A DNA stretch of 64,000 nucleotides, from the NCBI RefSeq assembly GCF_947568905.1, contig NC_079166.1, forward strand, positions 37,386,001 to 37,450,000, in the 5' to 3' direction. Below the pieces are notes generated by a model. It was not told the origin of the DNA, did no database searches, and worked only from the letters and a program-made list of their open reading frames with translations. The DNA is from Ostrea edulis (Eukaryota). The translations under genes and the position numbers were made by a program. The first letter of the stretch is position 1; every line of letters starts with the position of its first letter. Shown here piece after piece: positions 24,306 through 37,982 of this stretch.

Positions 24306-27300
24306 ATGGTACTGAAGTGGGCCGGAATTGTTTTAGTTGTTGCTGTAGTTGTCATATATTTCACAAAGAAAGAAAATATCACAGAAGACCTCACCCCACT
24401 GAACTCATCCTACGATTACATTATAGGTAAGTGCTGGAATTATAGGATCCCTTTTATGTAACGATGTAGGAGTATACAGTGATATACTATAGTGAATACT
24501 GTAAAGGTAGATTTTGATTTCTTAAGGCAAATATTGTGGAATCATTTTAATTCGTGGGGGCCAATGTTCATGGGTAAACAAAATTTTGCTGGTTCGTGGG
24601 GACATAATTTTATGGGTAAGTGATCCGATGTCACTAGGAGAGATAACTGTACTTTGTTTAAAAATATGTTCGAGGACACGTAAATTCGTGGGTAAGAGTG
24701 ACCCACGACATCCACGAACACCCCACCCCGAACAATGATGATTCCACAGCAATTCATAGCAATTGTTAACGCTACAAGGGTATAAACATAACTGTTGAAA
24801 ATCACTTGACCTTGATTTGTTTCCATATTTGGTAATGATTTCCATATTTGAACGATATGTAAGGTTATTTATCATACATTTTCAAATAAAAGGTAAAAAC
24901 ATGTTTTCCAACAATTTCACTAATTCTGAGAAATACATGTAGGTCGCCGAGCTAGTGAAATGTATATTCACACGCGAACAGGCTACACTAAATACCGGTC
25001 TAACTAGATCGAAACAAAATTTGTCTTCATAGTTGCAAATGACAAGCAATGGATTTCAATAGAAATTTAGAACAGAATACACATATTTTAATATCATTTC
25101 ATTTTCTACAGTGGGTGCGGGAACAGCGGGATGTGTCCTCGCAAATAGACTTTCAGAAGATGCAGACTCATCCGTGCTTATTATAGAAGCTGGGGGTTCC
25201 GAAGATGAAAACATGAACATCAGTATCCCCCTCGGCCAGGGATCTACTCTGCTTTCGAAAGAAGACTGGAATTTCCGAACAGAACCTCAAAAGAAAGCGT
25301 GTTTGGCGATGCATGACAGGGTACAGTTTTCTTGATGAATTGAAATTTGTCTTATTCATAAGTATTCTTTATATGATATGGCTCACACGGCGGGTGTGAC
25401 CGGTCGCCAGGGGATGCTTACTCCTCCCAGACACCTGATCCCACCTCTGGTGTGTCCAGGGGTCGATGTTTGCCTAACTATCTATTTTGTATTACTTATA
25501 GGAGTTATGAGATTGATCACTGTTCGTTATCTTCACCTTTCATGATCAGAAAAGTGCTTTGAGTAACATGAGACTATTAACCGATATTTAAGACGAGAGC
25601 ATTATATATGTGTATAGCTGTTGGTTATCTTTGCATGTCAAAAGTTTTCAGTCCGCTTTAATTTAGTCTTGAAGTTTAAATAAGTTCATTATGTTCTATA
25701 AACAACAACTGAATTATGATTATCAATAAATGTCCTCTAAGTTAAGACTTTGCTGTCACTTACAGAACACAAAGAAAAACTTAATTGATTTCAGAGTTCA
25801 CTAATATGAAATTTATCCCGATTAGAATTATAATTTACTATAGTACCAAGATCGATATATACATGCATTACCGGTACATGTACCTATCTCGTACTAGTAC
25901 TTCATGATGAATCTTAATTTTTAATTTTTTTTTATCGATAAACCATATTTTGTACAAAAATCGATTCAGGAATAGAAATGGCCGGGTTACTTTAAAATAT
26001 GTTATCTATCATAGAGACAGCAGTACAAAGATACTGGAAAAATGACAGATCAAATATAGATTTTAAAAAACCCATAAGCACTTATAAAATGTCACATGTA
26101 TATCTTCAATATTCTTATAACATCTATAATGTAAAAGGTCTTAAAAATGTTAAGTAAAAGCTGTGGGAGGAGTTGGTTACACAAAGTAGGTACCATGCTT
26201 AAAAATGACAAAGTTCAACTACTTCATGTACATGTAAATTTTTCAAAGAATGTCCGATCACTTCCAAAAAGACACATGCACATCTCCAATGCTTCCATAC
26301 CAACTGTACAAAGTTTGAGGAATGTCAACTTAATGGTGTAAGAGGAGTTGATTACGCACAATAGGTACCGTCTATTCAAGACATGCTTGAAAATGACAAA
26401 GTACAACTGCATGTAAATTTTTCGAAAAATGTCTGATCACTTCCAAAAAGACACATGTACATCTTCAATGCTTCCGTAACAGCTTACAAGGTCTGAAAGA
26501 TGTCAAAGAAGAAATGTACAAAGTTTGAGGAATGCCAAGTTAGGGGTGTGAGAGATGATTACACAAAATAGGCAATGTCCATTCAAGGCATGCTTAAAAA
26601 TGACAAACTTCAACTATATGTATTTTTTTCGTCAAATATCTGGTCACTTTCAAAAAGACATATGCACATCTTCAATGTGTCCATAAGAAATGTACAAAGT
26701 TTGAGGAATGTCAAGCATGGGGTGTGAGAGGAGATGATTACACAAAACAGGTACCGTCTATTCAAGACATGCTTAAAAATGACAAAGTTCAACTAGATGT
26801 AAATTTTTCGAAAAATGTCTGATCACTTTCAAAAAAGCACAAGCACATCTTCAATGTATCCATATCAACTGTACAAAGTTTGAGGAACGTCAAGTTAAAG
26901 GTGTGAGAGGAGTTGGTTACACAAAGTAGGTACCCTATTACAGGGATGCCCGCCCGCCAACCTTCCCGTCATTCACCATTCTATACGCCATTTGCTTGTT
27001 GTGCAACCTGGCCAAAAATGGCACAATTTGAAATAAAAGAAAATGATTAAACTTGGGGAATTTAAATCTTGAAATTCTCAACAAAGGGGAAACACCATTC
27101 TTCAGTACTCACAAGTATTAAAGACAGGACTTGAACTCACGACCTCCCGATCACGAAGACCTAATCCCTGAACCTTCGCCATCAATGAAAGCGAGAATGT
27201 TTATCCTCAAGAGAAGTTTCTCGTGAATTAAAGCAAATGTAAATGACGGATCCAGATTTTTCTTTAACAAGAGGGGTCGGGTGGCGCAGTAAAAAATGGG

Positions 27301-30300
27301 TGTCTTGGAACTGTATTGATTCCCCAGTGGTCCAGGGTAAAGTCTTGGTGGGGATACAGGGGACAAAACCCGGCGCTGGATCCGCCACTGTACATGTATG
27401 AAAACGATGGACATCAGTGATTAACTTTATCATGATTGTTGCTTTTTGTGTACTTATAATTTTGATTATCAGAAATGCGCTTGGCCACGAGGGAAAGTGC
27501 TCGGGGGCTCTAGTAGCTTAAACGCCATGCAGTATGTCCGCGGCAGTCGTCATGACTACGATGGCTGGGCAAAGGAGGGATGCACGGGGTGGAGTTACAG
27601 AGACGTTCTGCCATACTTCATTAAATCTGAAGATATTCAGATCCCAGAGCTTCAAAATTCAGGTCCATTGTCACAGCAATTATCAATATAATATATAACA
27701 TCAAACAGGTATTTAATAGATACTTTTATCAAATACTAATATTGTATCATGTCAAGATGAAAAATGGTAATGATATTTATTACCATTTCGCCTTTTCTGT
27801 TTATGAATATGACTTCATATATACTATGCTATAAGTTTATAGACAATGCAACTCACAAAAGGGCAATATATGGTAAGCATCTAGAAATTTCCGATTTCTT
27901 TCTGGAGATCGATTCTCGTGTTGACCTAATTTTGTTATTTATTCAAAAATACCTTTGGTATTTTGTGTCAACTTGACAAAGTATGTGAGTGTCATTACTG
28001 CTGTAAGTCTATCCACGTGAAAGTTATCAACACAAAATTCTCAAAAGCTGAATTTCGAATATGCAAATACGCAGCTGACGTTACAGTGTAGGATGGGGTA
28101 TGATAATGGCACAGGCTCTCGACGTTTTAACTATCGATGATAAAAATCGTCTTCCTGTAAACAAACTATTCATAGTTTGTTTACAGGGGAATAGCTGATT
28201 TTTTTTCTATTATAGATATCCACGACTTCGAGAGCCTGTGGATAATGGTGCATAGTCTGCGTGAACATACTTATACATGTTATACCTCCAAACTATACTC
28301 CTATCTATTTAAAATCTGTAAAATCTAAAAGTATTGGAATGATTGTTAATAACAAAGGAATTTAAAAATCTAAATTTTCATTCGGTGGCGATATTTCATA
28401 TACGCACTCACAACCGATAACCAAAACCCCAAAACGGCATTAGCGAGATGAACGATAACTCTTCATATACCTAATGGTTATTGTAATACATTTTATACCT
28501 TTTGATAGCCTATTTGTAATGTGACAGAGATAGATATAGATATTGGATGAAAACATCGAAAAAGTTTTGATCTCTTGTATTTAGCCACTAAATGGAACTT
28601 CGGGGAAAAGGCTTTTCAGGAAATGGAATGGGCATTTGCTGTCCCGTTTAAAGTAACAAAATGTTCAACAATGTATGGTATTTTAGTACCAGAAAGGTAT
28701 ATAGAAGTAATAAACAATAAACAATACATGGAAAGACTGTGTAAATTAAGAACTTCTGGTCACTGTTTGGAAATTGAACATGGCAGTGTATTCCTAGGGA
28801 CAACAAATATTGTCTCTTTTGTCAAACAGAACACTAACTTTGTATTGAAAATGAAATACATTAAATTTGAAAACTGAATTATATTGTGATATTAGAGCAA
28901 ACTGTAATATTTTGGAAAACACTCAAGTTACTATGGGAACACTGTGAATATGTTTATCAATGGAAGTGAGGCCGTCTTAAATGATATTGCCAAATTCACA
29001 TTTTTAGCATTTAAAGAAAGGAAAAATTTCATGGAATATGGAACTTGTGATGATAGCGACACATCATGGAATGATATTGCATTTAATTTAAAAAAGATCA
29101 TAGATCTAGTACTGAATATGATACTGGAACCTGATCTCATTTTTCTTAAATATACATTGTGATTATTGAAAGTACTTTGGGCCAGTGACCTTGAAATACT
29201 TAATAAAAGTCCATTATCATATTTCAGTACTTAAATATTTTAAAAGATACATCAACATATACATGAAAATATAAACAATAAAATGTCTATCTTTGTTGTT
29301 TTATCGGATGATGAAGGTACAAATTTTTATATAACCTCTGATTCTGTGAAATGGATTTGTGTGTGTGTATTTTGATAACTTGTTTGAAGAAAGCTGGATA
29401 TTATTTCAGAATGCACGTGCTTTATTGACAGTAATTATTTTGTTGATTCTTATTCATATTCTTACAATAAATAGCTTACCATGGAAAAGGGGGTTATTTG
29501 TCCGTCAGTGACGGGACCGCCACGCCCCTCAATAAGAATGTATATGCTCGAGCAATGGAGGAACTTGGACACCCTATTACGGATTGTAATGGAAAATCAC
29601 AAATAGGTATGTTTAACCTTTTTCCCCACATTTTTTTTATTTCCAAAGAATTCATTAAATCTTCAGACAGTAGAGATTATATGTCACCACAAACGAGCCA
29701 AATAAAAGTCTAAATTTCTTAAATTGGATTTGATATTTGAATGCATGATACTGACAGTCGTTATGCAATTTTATAGTCATAACAGAATGCTGTAAAATAT
29801 TGGGGTTTTTTCCCCTGAATGACACAGGGTGATGAATATTGGTTTTGGTATTCGATCACATCCTTGCCTTCAATACTGTGGTAGAGGGATGTGCTGTATT
29901 AACATTTCTCCTATTCTTACAATATACATCTTTTCCGGTCTCTGTCGCCCCCATTTCATCATCTCTGTCCATTTAGACTCTCTCAACGTATCCTCCTCCT
30001 GTCTGATTTCTTTCCATAATATGTATATTATACAAACCCCTTCTTCTTGACCATTCTTGTTTTGATTTTCGATGAATTACCATTTCCTAATCCGTATAGG
30101 TTATTGCTCATCTCAAGAAACGACAAGAAATGGAGCGCGCGATAGCACCGCCAAAGCCTTTTTAAGACCCGCCATGAAACGGAAGAACCTGCATGTTTCC
30201 ATAAATTCCCATGTGACAAAGGTATATGAAAATAGACATACAACAAACTCAGGCAATATTATGTTAGTATTATAAATGTTATATTGTGCGATATTGAGAA

Positions 30301-33300
30301 GAAAATAAAACAGAGAGTACTTTTTATTTCTTCGTAAAGATTCTAATTAAAGACAAGAGGGCAGTTGGCGTATCATTTGTGAGAAACAACAGGAAACATT
30401 CAATAATGGCGAACAAAGAGGTGATTGTTTCCGCGGGAACAGTCAGTTCACCCCAGATTCTGATGCTGTCTGGAATAGGACCAAAGGAACACCTAAAATC
30501 CAAAGGGGTATGACTAAACAGAGTCAAGAAAAACAATGTTACACACGATCACTGTAGGAAACTGGAAAGAACATTGGATACGTACACCTGTTTTGTTGTC
30601 TGCCATCTTGAATGCTTGATACAAGAAAATGAAATATTCAAATAAGATAGAAAATTATCATTTATTGTTTCGATTGACAGCACCGTGAACCAATCTTTAA
30701 TTGCTTAAGGAATCTATCTTTCAGTGGCAAAAATTAATTTGCTGTTTATTCCAGTTCTTTACAGAAGACTCAACGTATGTATCTTGTAAAAGCTGATTTA
30801 TGTTGTGTGAAACAGGTAGAAACTTATGAAATGTATCTACTGATCGTGTCATGAATTTTTATCAATAGATCACAGTGAAGGCCGATCTACCGGTTGGAGA
30901 AAATTTACAGGACCATGTTATGACATTTATGGATTTCCATGACAATACCACAAGCATGGCGACCATTGACGAGATTATGTCACCTGTGACCATAATTCAA
31001 TACCTGGCATGGGGATCAGGTAAATTTTCATATTAGTTTTTCTCCAAGGAATATTGAGATGTTTCATGATATATTTGAATAACGAGAGTCAGTTTCGCAT
31101 AAGCGTGTTGAATTTATCTTTAACTGTCAGTTAAATTCAACTGCATTTAGTTTAACTTTGACCAGTAATTCGTTTAATAAAAAAATATCTACTCCATTAT
31201 GTTTCCTCCAATTTGAGAAAAGAGGGGTTGTAATATTGTAATTGCCGTGGTGGTTCTGACTGATGAATATCCAGATCTGAGTTGTAATATTGTAATTGCT
31301 GTGGTGTTTATGACTGATGAATATCCAGATCTGAGTTGTAATATCATAATTGCTGTGGTGGTTATGACTGATGAATATCCAGATCTGAGTTGTAGTATTG
31401 TAATTGCCGTGGTGGTTCTGACTGATGAATATCCAGATCTGAGTTGTAATATGGTGGTTCTGACTGATGAATATCCAGTCCTGTTGTGTATTGAGTACTC
31501 TATCACACATATCCGTGTTATTGTAGGTTTCCTTACCAAGAGTCTGTTAGAGGGCACAGCTTTCCTGACAGATGACGAGAAGATCCCGCCACATCTTCAG
31601 TTTCATTTCTATAGCCTTATGATTGACCCAAGAGTCACTTCTATAATGTTAGATGTTCTTAATATTGACACGAAGGTATGGTATTGATTTTGTCTTTTTT
31701 TTCTGAACAGAAGCAGTTGATTAAGCCAATTTGGCTAAATGTTTAGTTAAATGCAGTATTATGAATATTTCCTAGGTTTTACTCTGGTACACGAGTCATA
31801 GATTAAAGCAAATTTCTCTGATGAAAAGTTATTCAGAGTCTGTTGTTTTCGTTGGTATGATTTTGAAATTTAAAAAAGTGGGTTGGGCAATTTTAAAATT
31901 CTTCTCAAGTACCCATTGGGTCCAAAATGACGCTACTTAATAGATGATAGCTTTTCCGGATCTTTTCGATTATATGTTTCTGAAATCCATAGTCCATGAG
32001 TCACGACGAGATCACAATAACGTTGAAATATTTCACAAAGGAAGAAAATGGGGGAAAAAAACTTTGAAAGTCTCCTTATGAAAAGCAAGGCTGCGATTCG
32101 AGATTTTAACTTGGAATATTCAGGGGTTCAATTCTGAAATCTTCTGACATGGAGTTGAGTGGAAACAAAGTTTCCATAATGTTTCCATGTTGTGGAAACT
32201 CTATTTTTCGCCACGTGGTGGCTACAGTATGTATACACTCTTATTTTGTATTAGGTCAGATTGTTGAAACGTTTGTCCTTGGAATTATGATGGGGCCATA
32301 ACAGGATCCATAATTTTGCAAAAAGGAAGGATATTCATTAAAAATGCTTTTGAATAAATTGGTTATTGATATTTGTAGTTTGTATTGCTTATAGGAGTTA
32401 TCAGATTGATCACTGCACCTTATTTTCGCCTTTCTTCAAAGCAATACAAGCTGTAACTGACGGTACTTTTTCAACTATCCAATTGTGCACTAAATAGCAC
32501 CTATTGGTATAACTAATATAATCCCCAAGATCTGAAGAAAAATTCAGCAAAATAAACAAGGGAATATTATTTGACAGCATACCTACAATGATCATTTCGT
32601 ATAAACCGCCATTGCGTCGTATACAAGGACATGGGAACGAGGATTGTCGAACATAATCGGGTTGCTGAGGTCAAGGTTATATACAAAGACGGAAACTGAC
32701 GCGAGTAACTACACGTGTCGTTTGTTTTAAAATATTACATTGTTTCATGAATGACAAGAAGTGTAAGAAAGTAATGATAACGCAAATAAGCTATTCAAAT
32801 AAAATTTTAATAGTGAATTTTCTATAAAATTGGCATGTTAAATTGTTTACAAGTCTGACACGTGCTCAGTGCCTCTCTTTCGCTTTTTTCCGAACTGGTG
32901 ACCTTCGAGGTCAATGTACATCGGAGATGATGAGCAGGAATTACTGACAGGATGAAAATGATTAATGAATCGACATTTTCTGCTGATTTGACGGGTTTAT
33001 TGCTTCAGGTTCACTCTGATTCTATCAAGTTATATGTATTCAATCACAAATATGTTAAATATTTGGGGTTTTTTTATTTTTCAATATATTTGCCGTCAGT
33101 TACTCAGTTACAGCTTTTAAAGAACAAGCAAAAAGTCTTGGGTTACAATAAAAACATATGTCTAGTATTTTTTTTAAGAAAAGAAATTTATTCATCGACA
33201 GCGAGATTATAGATTTTGTTATAGTAATGAATGGCTTGCATTAGAACTCTTGTGATGAAGGATATCCATAAGAGAGATCTGACGACTTGTTGTCGGAATT

Positions 33301-36300
33301 GATTAAAATATCTTAATCGCAAAATAACTGAATATGATTAGGGGCTGTTGACATGATATGTAAGCATCCTTAGACTGTAGTAAATATAGTTTTCCAATGA
33401 CAGATCCTGTGTTATTGATTTATTGTTGTTTTACAAGGTCACTTATCCTAAGAATTGTTTCAAAATTGTGAGACACATTTCTGTATTGGTAATGTGACTC
33501 TGATGAGTGTTGTAATATTATGATAAAGCTATCTAAAATTGAATTTTCATGACGAGTTTGGCAATTGATAATAAATTTACCTCTTATCAACTAAATGTAC
33601 AGGCTAAATTCTTTAATGTTTGGTGTCATGAAATGTTTTGAATTTATTCTTAAAAACCGATATGTGTTGCTGGCTAAACCAAATCAAAGTACTTAAAGTA
33701 CTCGTGGGAGTTGAACATTGTGGAAATTCAGTTAGAACAGATAACACTGGAAGGGTAGGGGGATAAATGACTGAATATTATCATGATTTTAGATACAAAT
33801 CAATTGTTGTTGTTTTTCAAAGCGTTACAACAGCAAACATGGATAATGGAAGGCCCATGGGCCACAACGCTCCTCGAGTAACTGAAGCCGTGTTGTTGTT
33901 TTCTAGAATTTCACCCCTTTGTATTCTCATGAAAAATGTGACCACATATTATGGCCCAAACATTCAAATCAATATGGTTTTCAATGCCTTGCAGTTATGA
34001 AGAAGTGTTTCCCCTGTATATATACATTCAAGTTTAATCCTAGTTGTAGCTAATTCTAAGGATTCATTACTTGAAAAGGTAGTCCAATATGCTAAACTGT
34101 CACCTGAGTATAGTACAGTCCTGTAGAGGATCAATGGAATGGTAAATAATTGTATAATAACTCAAAATAAATGAAATGCAAAAAAATAAAAAAAATTGTC
34201 CGGCATCGGAAATGCACAAGCCGAGTTGCGCAAGGAATGGGCATAGAGGGAACCGGCAGAAAAGTTTGCAAGAATTATCAAGCAGGGAGGAAAATTTTGC
34301 GTACATAAATTTCAGCCGACTTAAATCCTTTGTGACCTTGACCTTTAACCCTTGACCAAAATCAATAGGCTTCTTTGTCTCATCAAGGGCGATAATCCAT
34401 TTAAGTTTAATTGAGATCCTATAATTTGTTAAAAAATCATAGTGCAGAAAACAAAATTTTCTCCAAATTTCAGTCTATTTATAGCCACTGTGACTTTGAC
34501 CTTGTGACCCCAGAATTGATAGGCTTCTTGTCTTACTTAATCGATCTAAGTTTGATTGGGATCCTATAATTCGTTCAAGAGCTATGGTGTGGAAAACAAA
34601 ATTTTCTCCAAATTTCAGTCTATTTATAGCCAGTGACCTTGACCTTTGACCTAGTGACCCCAGAATCGATAGGCTTCCTGGTCTTACTGAGGGTGACAAT
34701 TCATCTAAGTTTGAATGAGATCCTATAATTTGTTCAAGAGCTATGGTGCGGAAATGAAATGTTGATGCGTGCCCGCCTGCCCGACCAAAGCCACTTCATC
34801 AGATCATAAGCCGAGTTCGACTTCATCGCAACTCCGCTAAAAATGAAACACTAGTCAAATAATGTTATTTATTGCCAAGGTATTTGGGATATTATACTGT
34901 GGTGAATGAACAGTGGGTGAATGAACCTGACAGAATATAGCGGAATCAGACTTGTGATGTTGGAAATCTATAGTGATTAATAAACTATACATGTACAAGA
35001 TCCATAACTTTTTTTTCCCAGTTTGTGAGGGAGAATCCTCATGTCTCTTTCATCTGTAGACAAATAAACAATGTGTTTTGACCAGAGCAATTTCCAATCC
35101 TTTTTACAGCATAAATTCAACATTGTGGCAACTGGGTTAAACTTTGATAGTGAAGTCATACATGGCAGCACCTTATCCCATGCTCTTAAAATTTCTGTTT
35201 GACACACACTCATGACATCCACTCAAACATTACAGAGTGCAGCAAAATCTCATTGTAATAGGGGATTCAAAATGGATAACTGGTACAAAATATGGTACAT
35301 ACTATTAAAAAAGGATAATGAATTTGACATATTGATGTCTTGGAAAAGGAAATTTTGACATCGGGGCTCTAAGCGTTTTCAAACATTGTCATTTGATAAA
35401 AGTGTTCTACATTTTTAAAAATAGAGATTAATATGTCTTTACATACATAGGTGAGAAAGTTTCCATTATTCCTAGCCGAGACATACCATGTATGCACAAA
35501 AAATTCATAAACAAATATCACACTACTCATGTAGAAAATGTGGACCTTACCGTCATCAAGCGCAGCGAAACACGCCATTTCGAGATTTTCGTCGACGAAA
35601 GCTCGGTAACAGTAATGAATAGGGTACACTCATTTTGTATCTATTTTGTGACTTTCTTTATTAAAAGACACAGTTCTCTAATGTGTAACGTGCAATTACT
35701 ACGTAATTCAGTAACTTGAAGCATGAAGCAGTTTCACTTTGCAACCGGATATAAGAAATTTTATTTCGTATTCCGATCCCAATCGAAAGTTGTTGACTGG
35801 GAATGACGTGTTTTAATTCAATATACATGTAACATCAAGCATTTTTTATATCACATTAAAAAAAAACAAATATATACACATACGCAATGTTGTAGAGTTA
35901 TTCCTTGTAAATTTTCTGAGGTTTCGCACCATATTCGATATTTCGCGCCACGGTGTCAATAGGTCTTGTGTGCAGTTGTCGTTCGTTTCCCTATCAATGT
36001 TTATAGGTGACGCTGCGCTACAAACGACAATTTTCAACCTTATCTTTTATTTTTCTATGTATATCAGTATCAATTTGATCGAAATCCTGTATTCAAATTG
36101 ATTTGAATACAATATCATTGCATTTACTTACATGTCAATTATCAAAATTAGATTAATTCAGAAAAGTTACATGGATTATTTAATGGCGGATGTTTATAAA
36201 AGTTTATGTTGATTTACCTAGGAGTAAATCAGCTGACACAGAACCCCCGCTGACGACCACTATACAAATCAATACAAATTACTGCGCAGAAAAGTGCGTG

Positions 36301-37982
36301 ATGACCCAGGGAGATTGACCATAGTTCAACTCCCAAAAATACTAATAAATTTCTGCTTAATGGTTTGTTTATTTTTCCTGTTTTCTCAATGTGCAGCTGA
36401 AAGATGGTAAGGAAAAGGAATATCAAAGGAATAAAGACAGAAATATAGGGACATTTTCCATACTCCCGATTCTTCTCCATCCCAAGAGTAGAGGAACAAT
36501 ACGCCTTCAAAGCAATGATCCTTTTGATCCGCCTCTCATGGACCCAAACTACCTCGATCACCCAGACGATATAAAGACATTCTTAAGAGGTATGGAATAT
36601 TTAAAGCTAGTGTGAAGCTTTACACGACTTGAAGGACATGCGAAATATAAGGTTGATCGATGAGTAAAATTCACACACGATTTGTCCCATTCATTGTATA
36701 TTGTATATTCTGAAAGCATGTATCTGAAAAGTTCAATCCATTACAGAATGTTTTCATTTTCAAAGTAGTCTTCTAGTCCCAGAGAGGGGAGCAACAGAAC
36801 CTTTTCTGAAAAGAAATGGCAGAAAATAAGACATTTCGCAGAAAAAAGTAATTTTCCTACCCCATGAAAACCACACTTTATTACGATTGGTTTTATTATC
36901 AAAATGGTGCAAATGCCGATAGTTTTACGTGGTATTTTTTATAACGGGAGGGAAAGTTAACTTCCATTCCCAGGGGACGGGCATTTTCTCTATCGGGTGT
37001 TTACAAATTCGAATATGATATATCAAAGTGTAATTACTTGTTAATGAAATGGTGCTAATAGTCAGTATCAGTGGAAAAGAAATAATTATATCATTATGAG
37101 TTTTGAGTTGAAATCATTTTTTTTTAACCCTTTCTCTACCACAACTATCAATGAGGCCGGTAGCGCGAAAAACAGGACTACACAAAAGGAGTGTCTCTAA
37201 ATCTTTGAAACCATGGGAATAAGATATATGCTTTATGTGTCATATTTTTCAAACTTTTTTTTTTTAGTTTTTAACAAGGTAAATATCAATTAAGTAAACA
37301 CTAGCATTTGTAAAAACTGTTCAAACATTTATCCTTTTCAAGACAAAATGAAATGCTTACAGACAATTTTCTTATTGTTTGACTCAATGTTATTATTAAA
37401 TATTTTTATTTAATATGTAGGAGTGAGAGAAGTCTTAAGGTTAGGCAGCACTAAAGCTTTCAAATCAATTGGTGCCTCATCACAGGATCCTTTAAAAGCA
37501 TACAATCCTCAGTGCGACAATCACTCTCCAGATTCCGATGAGTACTGGATTTGCAGATTAAGGCATCATACATATACAGTTCATCACCAGACGTCCACAT
37601 GTAGAATGGGAGCTACAAATGACCCAAATGCAGTGGTTGATCCTGAGCTCAGGTGTTTGTTCATTATATAGAATATTTGTATAAAACATAATAATTTCAG
37701 ATGATGTATGTGTACATTTTATGTAAGAATAAAATCGCGTTAAAAGGCATGTGAGTTTAAACATAGATGTTCATAGATTCCCGTGTTTAAAATTCTCAAT
37801 TTTCTTCTTCATACAGAGTGAGGGGTATTCAAAATCTACGAGTTGTCGATGCTTCCGTCATGCGTAATGTGCCATCCGGTAATACGAATGCTCCAACAAT
37901 AATGATTGCAGAAAAAGCAGCAGATATGATAAGAAATATAGACAGTGTAAAGTCTATTCGAGAGAAAACGGATCAGTTGTAA
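24306..37982 (+). CDS. GMC oxidoreductase (glucose dehydrogenase [FAD,quinone]/choline dehydrogenase-like), about 610 aa; exons 24306-24426, 25112-25320, 27473-27662, 29475-29606, 30100-30221, 30340-30507, 30869-31019, 31527-31675, 36397-36589, 37421-37652, 37817-37982
   Basis: All introns are GT-AG and the total of 1833 nt is in frame. FAD-binding [72 protein letters not shown], catalytic His in [12 protein letters not shown] and Asn in [18 protein letters not shown]-terminal hydrophobic signal/anchor. Confidence 0.93.
24535..24748. mobile_element. MITE in GMC intron 1
   Basis: Termini tgtggaatcat and atgattccaca are inverted repeats. Confidence 0.55.
25379..25543 (+). mobile_element. Penelope-like family 3' terminal fragment
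   Basis: ggctcac..ggcgggtgtgaccggtcg.caggggatgcttactcctcc...cgttatcttcacctttcat, close to the 62335-62492 copy. Confidence 0.7.
26145..27020. repeat. Satellite-like array (~176-179-bp unit, ~4.3 copies) in a HINE-like element
   Basis: tgtgagaggagttg(a/g)ttacacaaa.tagg recurs at ~26162, 26337, 26547, 26723 and 26902; the array ends with cccgcccgcc and a terminal segment. Confidence 0.8.
27245..27391. mobile_element. Short MITE of the GCGGATCC-terminus family
   Basis: gacggatccagatt ... ctggatccgccactg inverted ends; a relative lies at 58220-58396. Confidence 0.5.
28111..28239. repeat. Imperfect palindrome (fold-back MITE-like)
   Basis: Outer arms acaggctctcga/tcgagagcctgt and inner arms cctgtaaacaaacta/tagtttgtttacagg. 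Confidence 0.7.
28480..29290 (+). mobile_element. Degraded 3' end of a non-LTR retrotransposon (LINE) in GMC intron 3
   Basis: Peptide remnants [16 protein letters not shown] and [17 protein letters not shown] resemble LINE ORF2 C-terminal zinc-knuckle regions; frameshifted, with an AT-rich tail. Confidence 0.6.
31227..31478. repeat. 54-bp minisatellite, 4 full units plus one internally deleted unit
   Basis: gttgtaatattgtaattgccgtggtggttctgactgatgaatatccagatctga starts at 31227, 31281, 31335, 31389 and 31443. Confidence 0.95.
32921..32991 (+). ncRNA. Candidate box C/D snoRNA (SNORD65/snR77-like D' guide) in GMC intron 8
   Basis: C box ATGATGA 32927-32933, D' CTGA 32944-32947, C'-like ATGATTA 32958-32964, D CTGA 32983-32986. 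A 5-bp terminal stem TCGGA/TTTGA (two G-U pairs) sits in k-turn register. GAGCAGGAATTAC matches 12 of 13 nt of the reverse complement of the conserved 18S segment GTAATTCCAGCTC. Confidence 0.4.
34210..34845. mobile_element. HINE-like element with tgaccttga/tgacctttga-rich internal repeats
   Basis: aagccgagtt occurs near both ends (34218 and 34808), with ~3 internal ~150-bp repeats and a gcccgcctgcccg microsatellite. An adjacent related fragment lies at ~33825-34110. Confidence 0.6.

Noticed and set aside
26145-31478. Tandem arrays as CRISPR-like loci
   Set aside because: Eukaryotic context, no unique spacers and no cas genes; these are mini- and macrosatellites.
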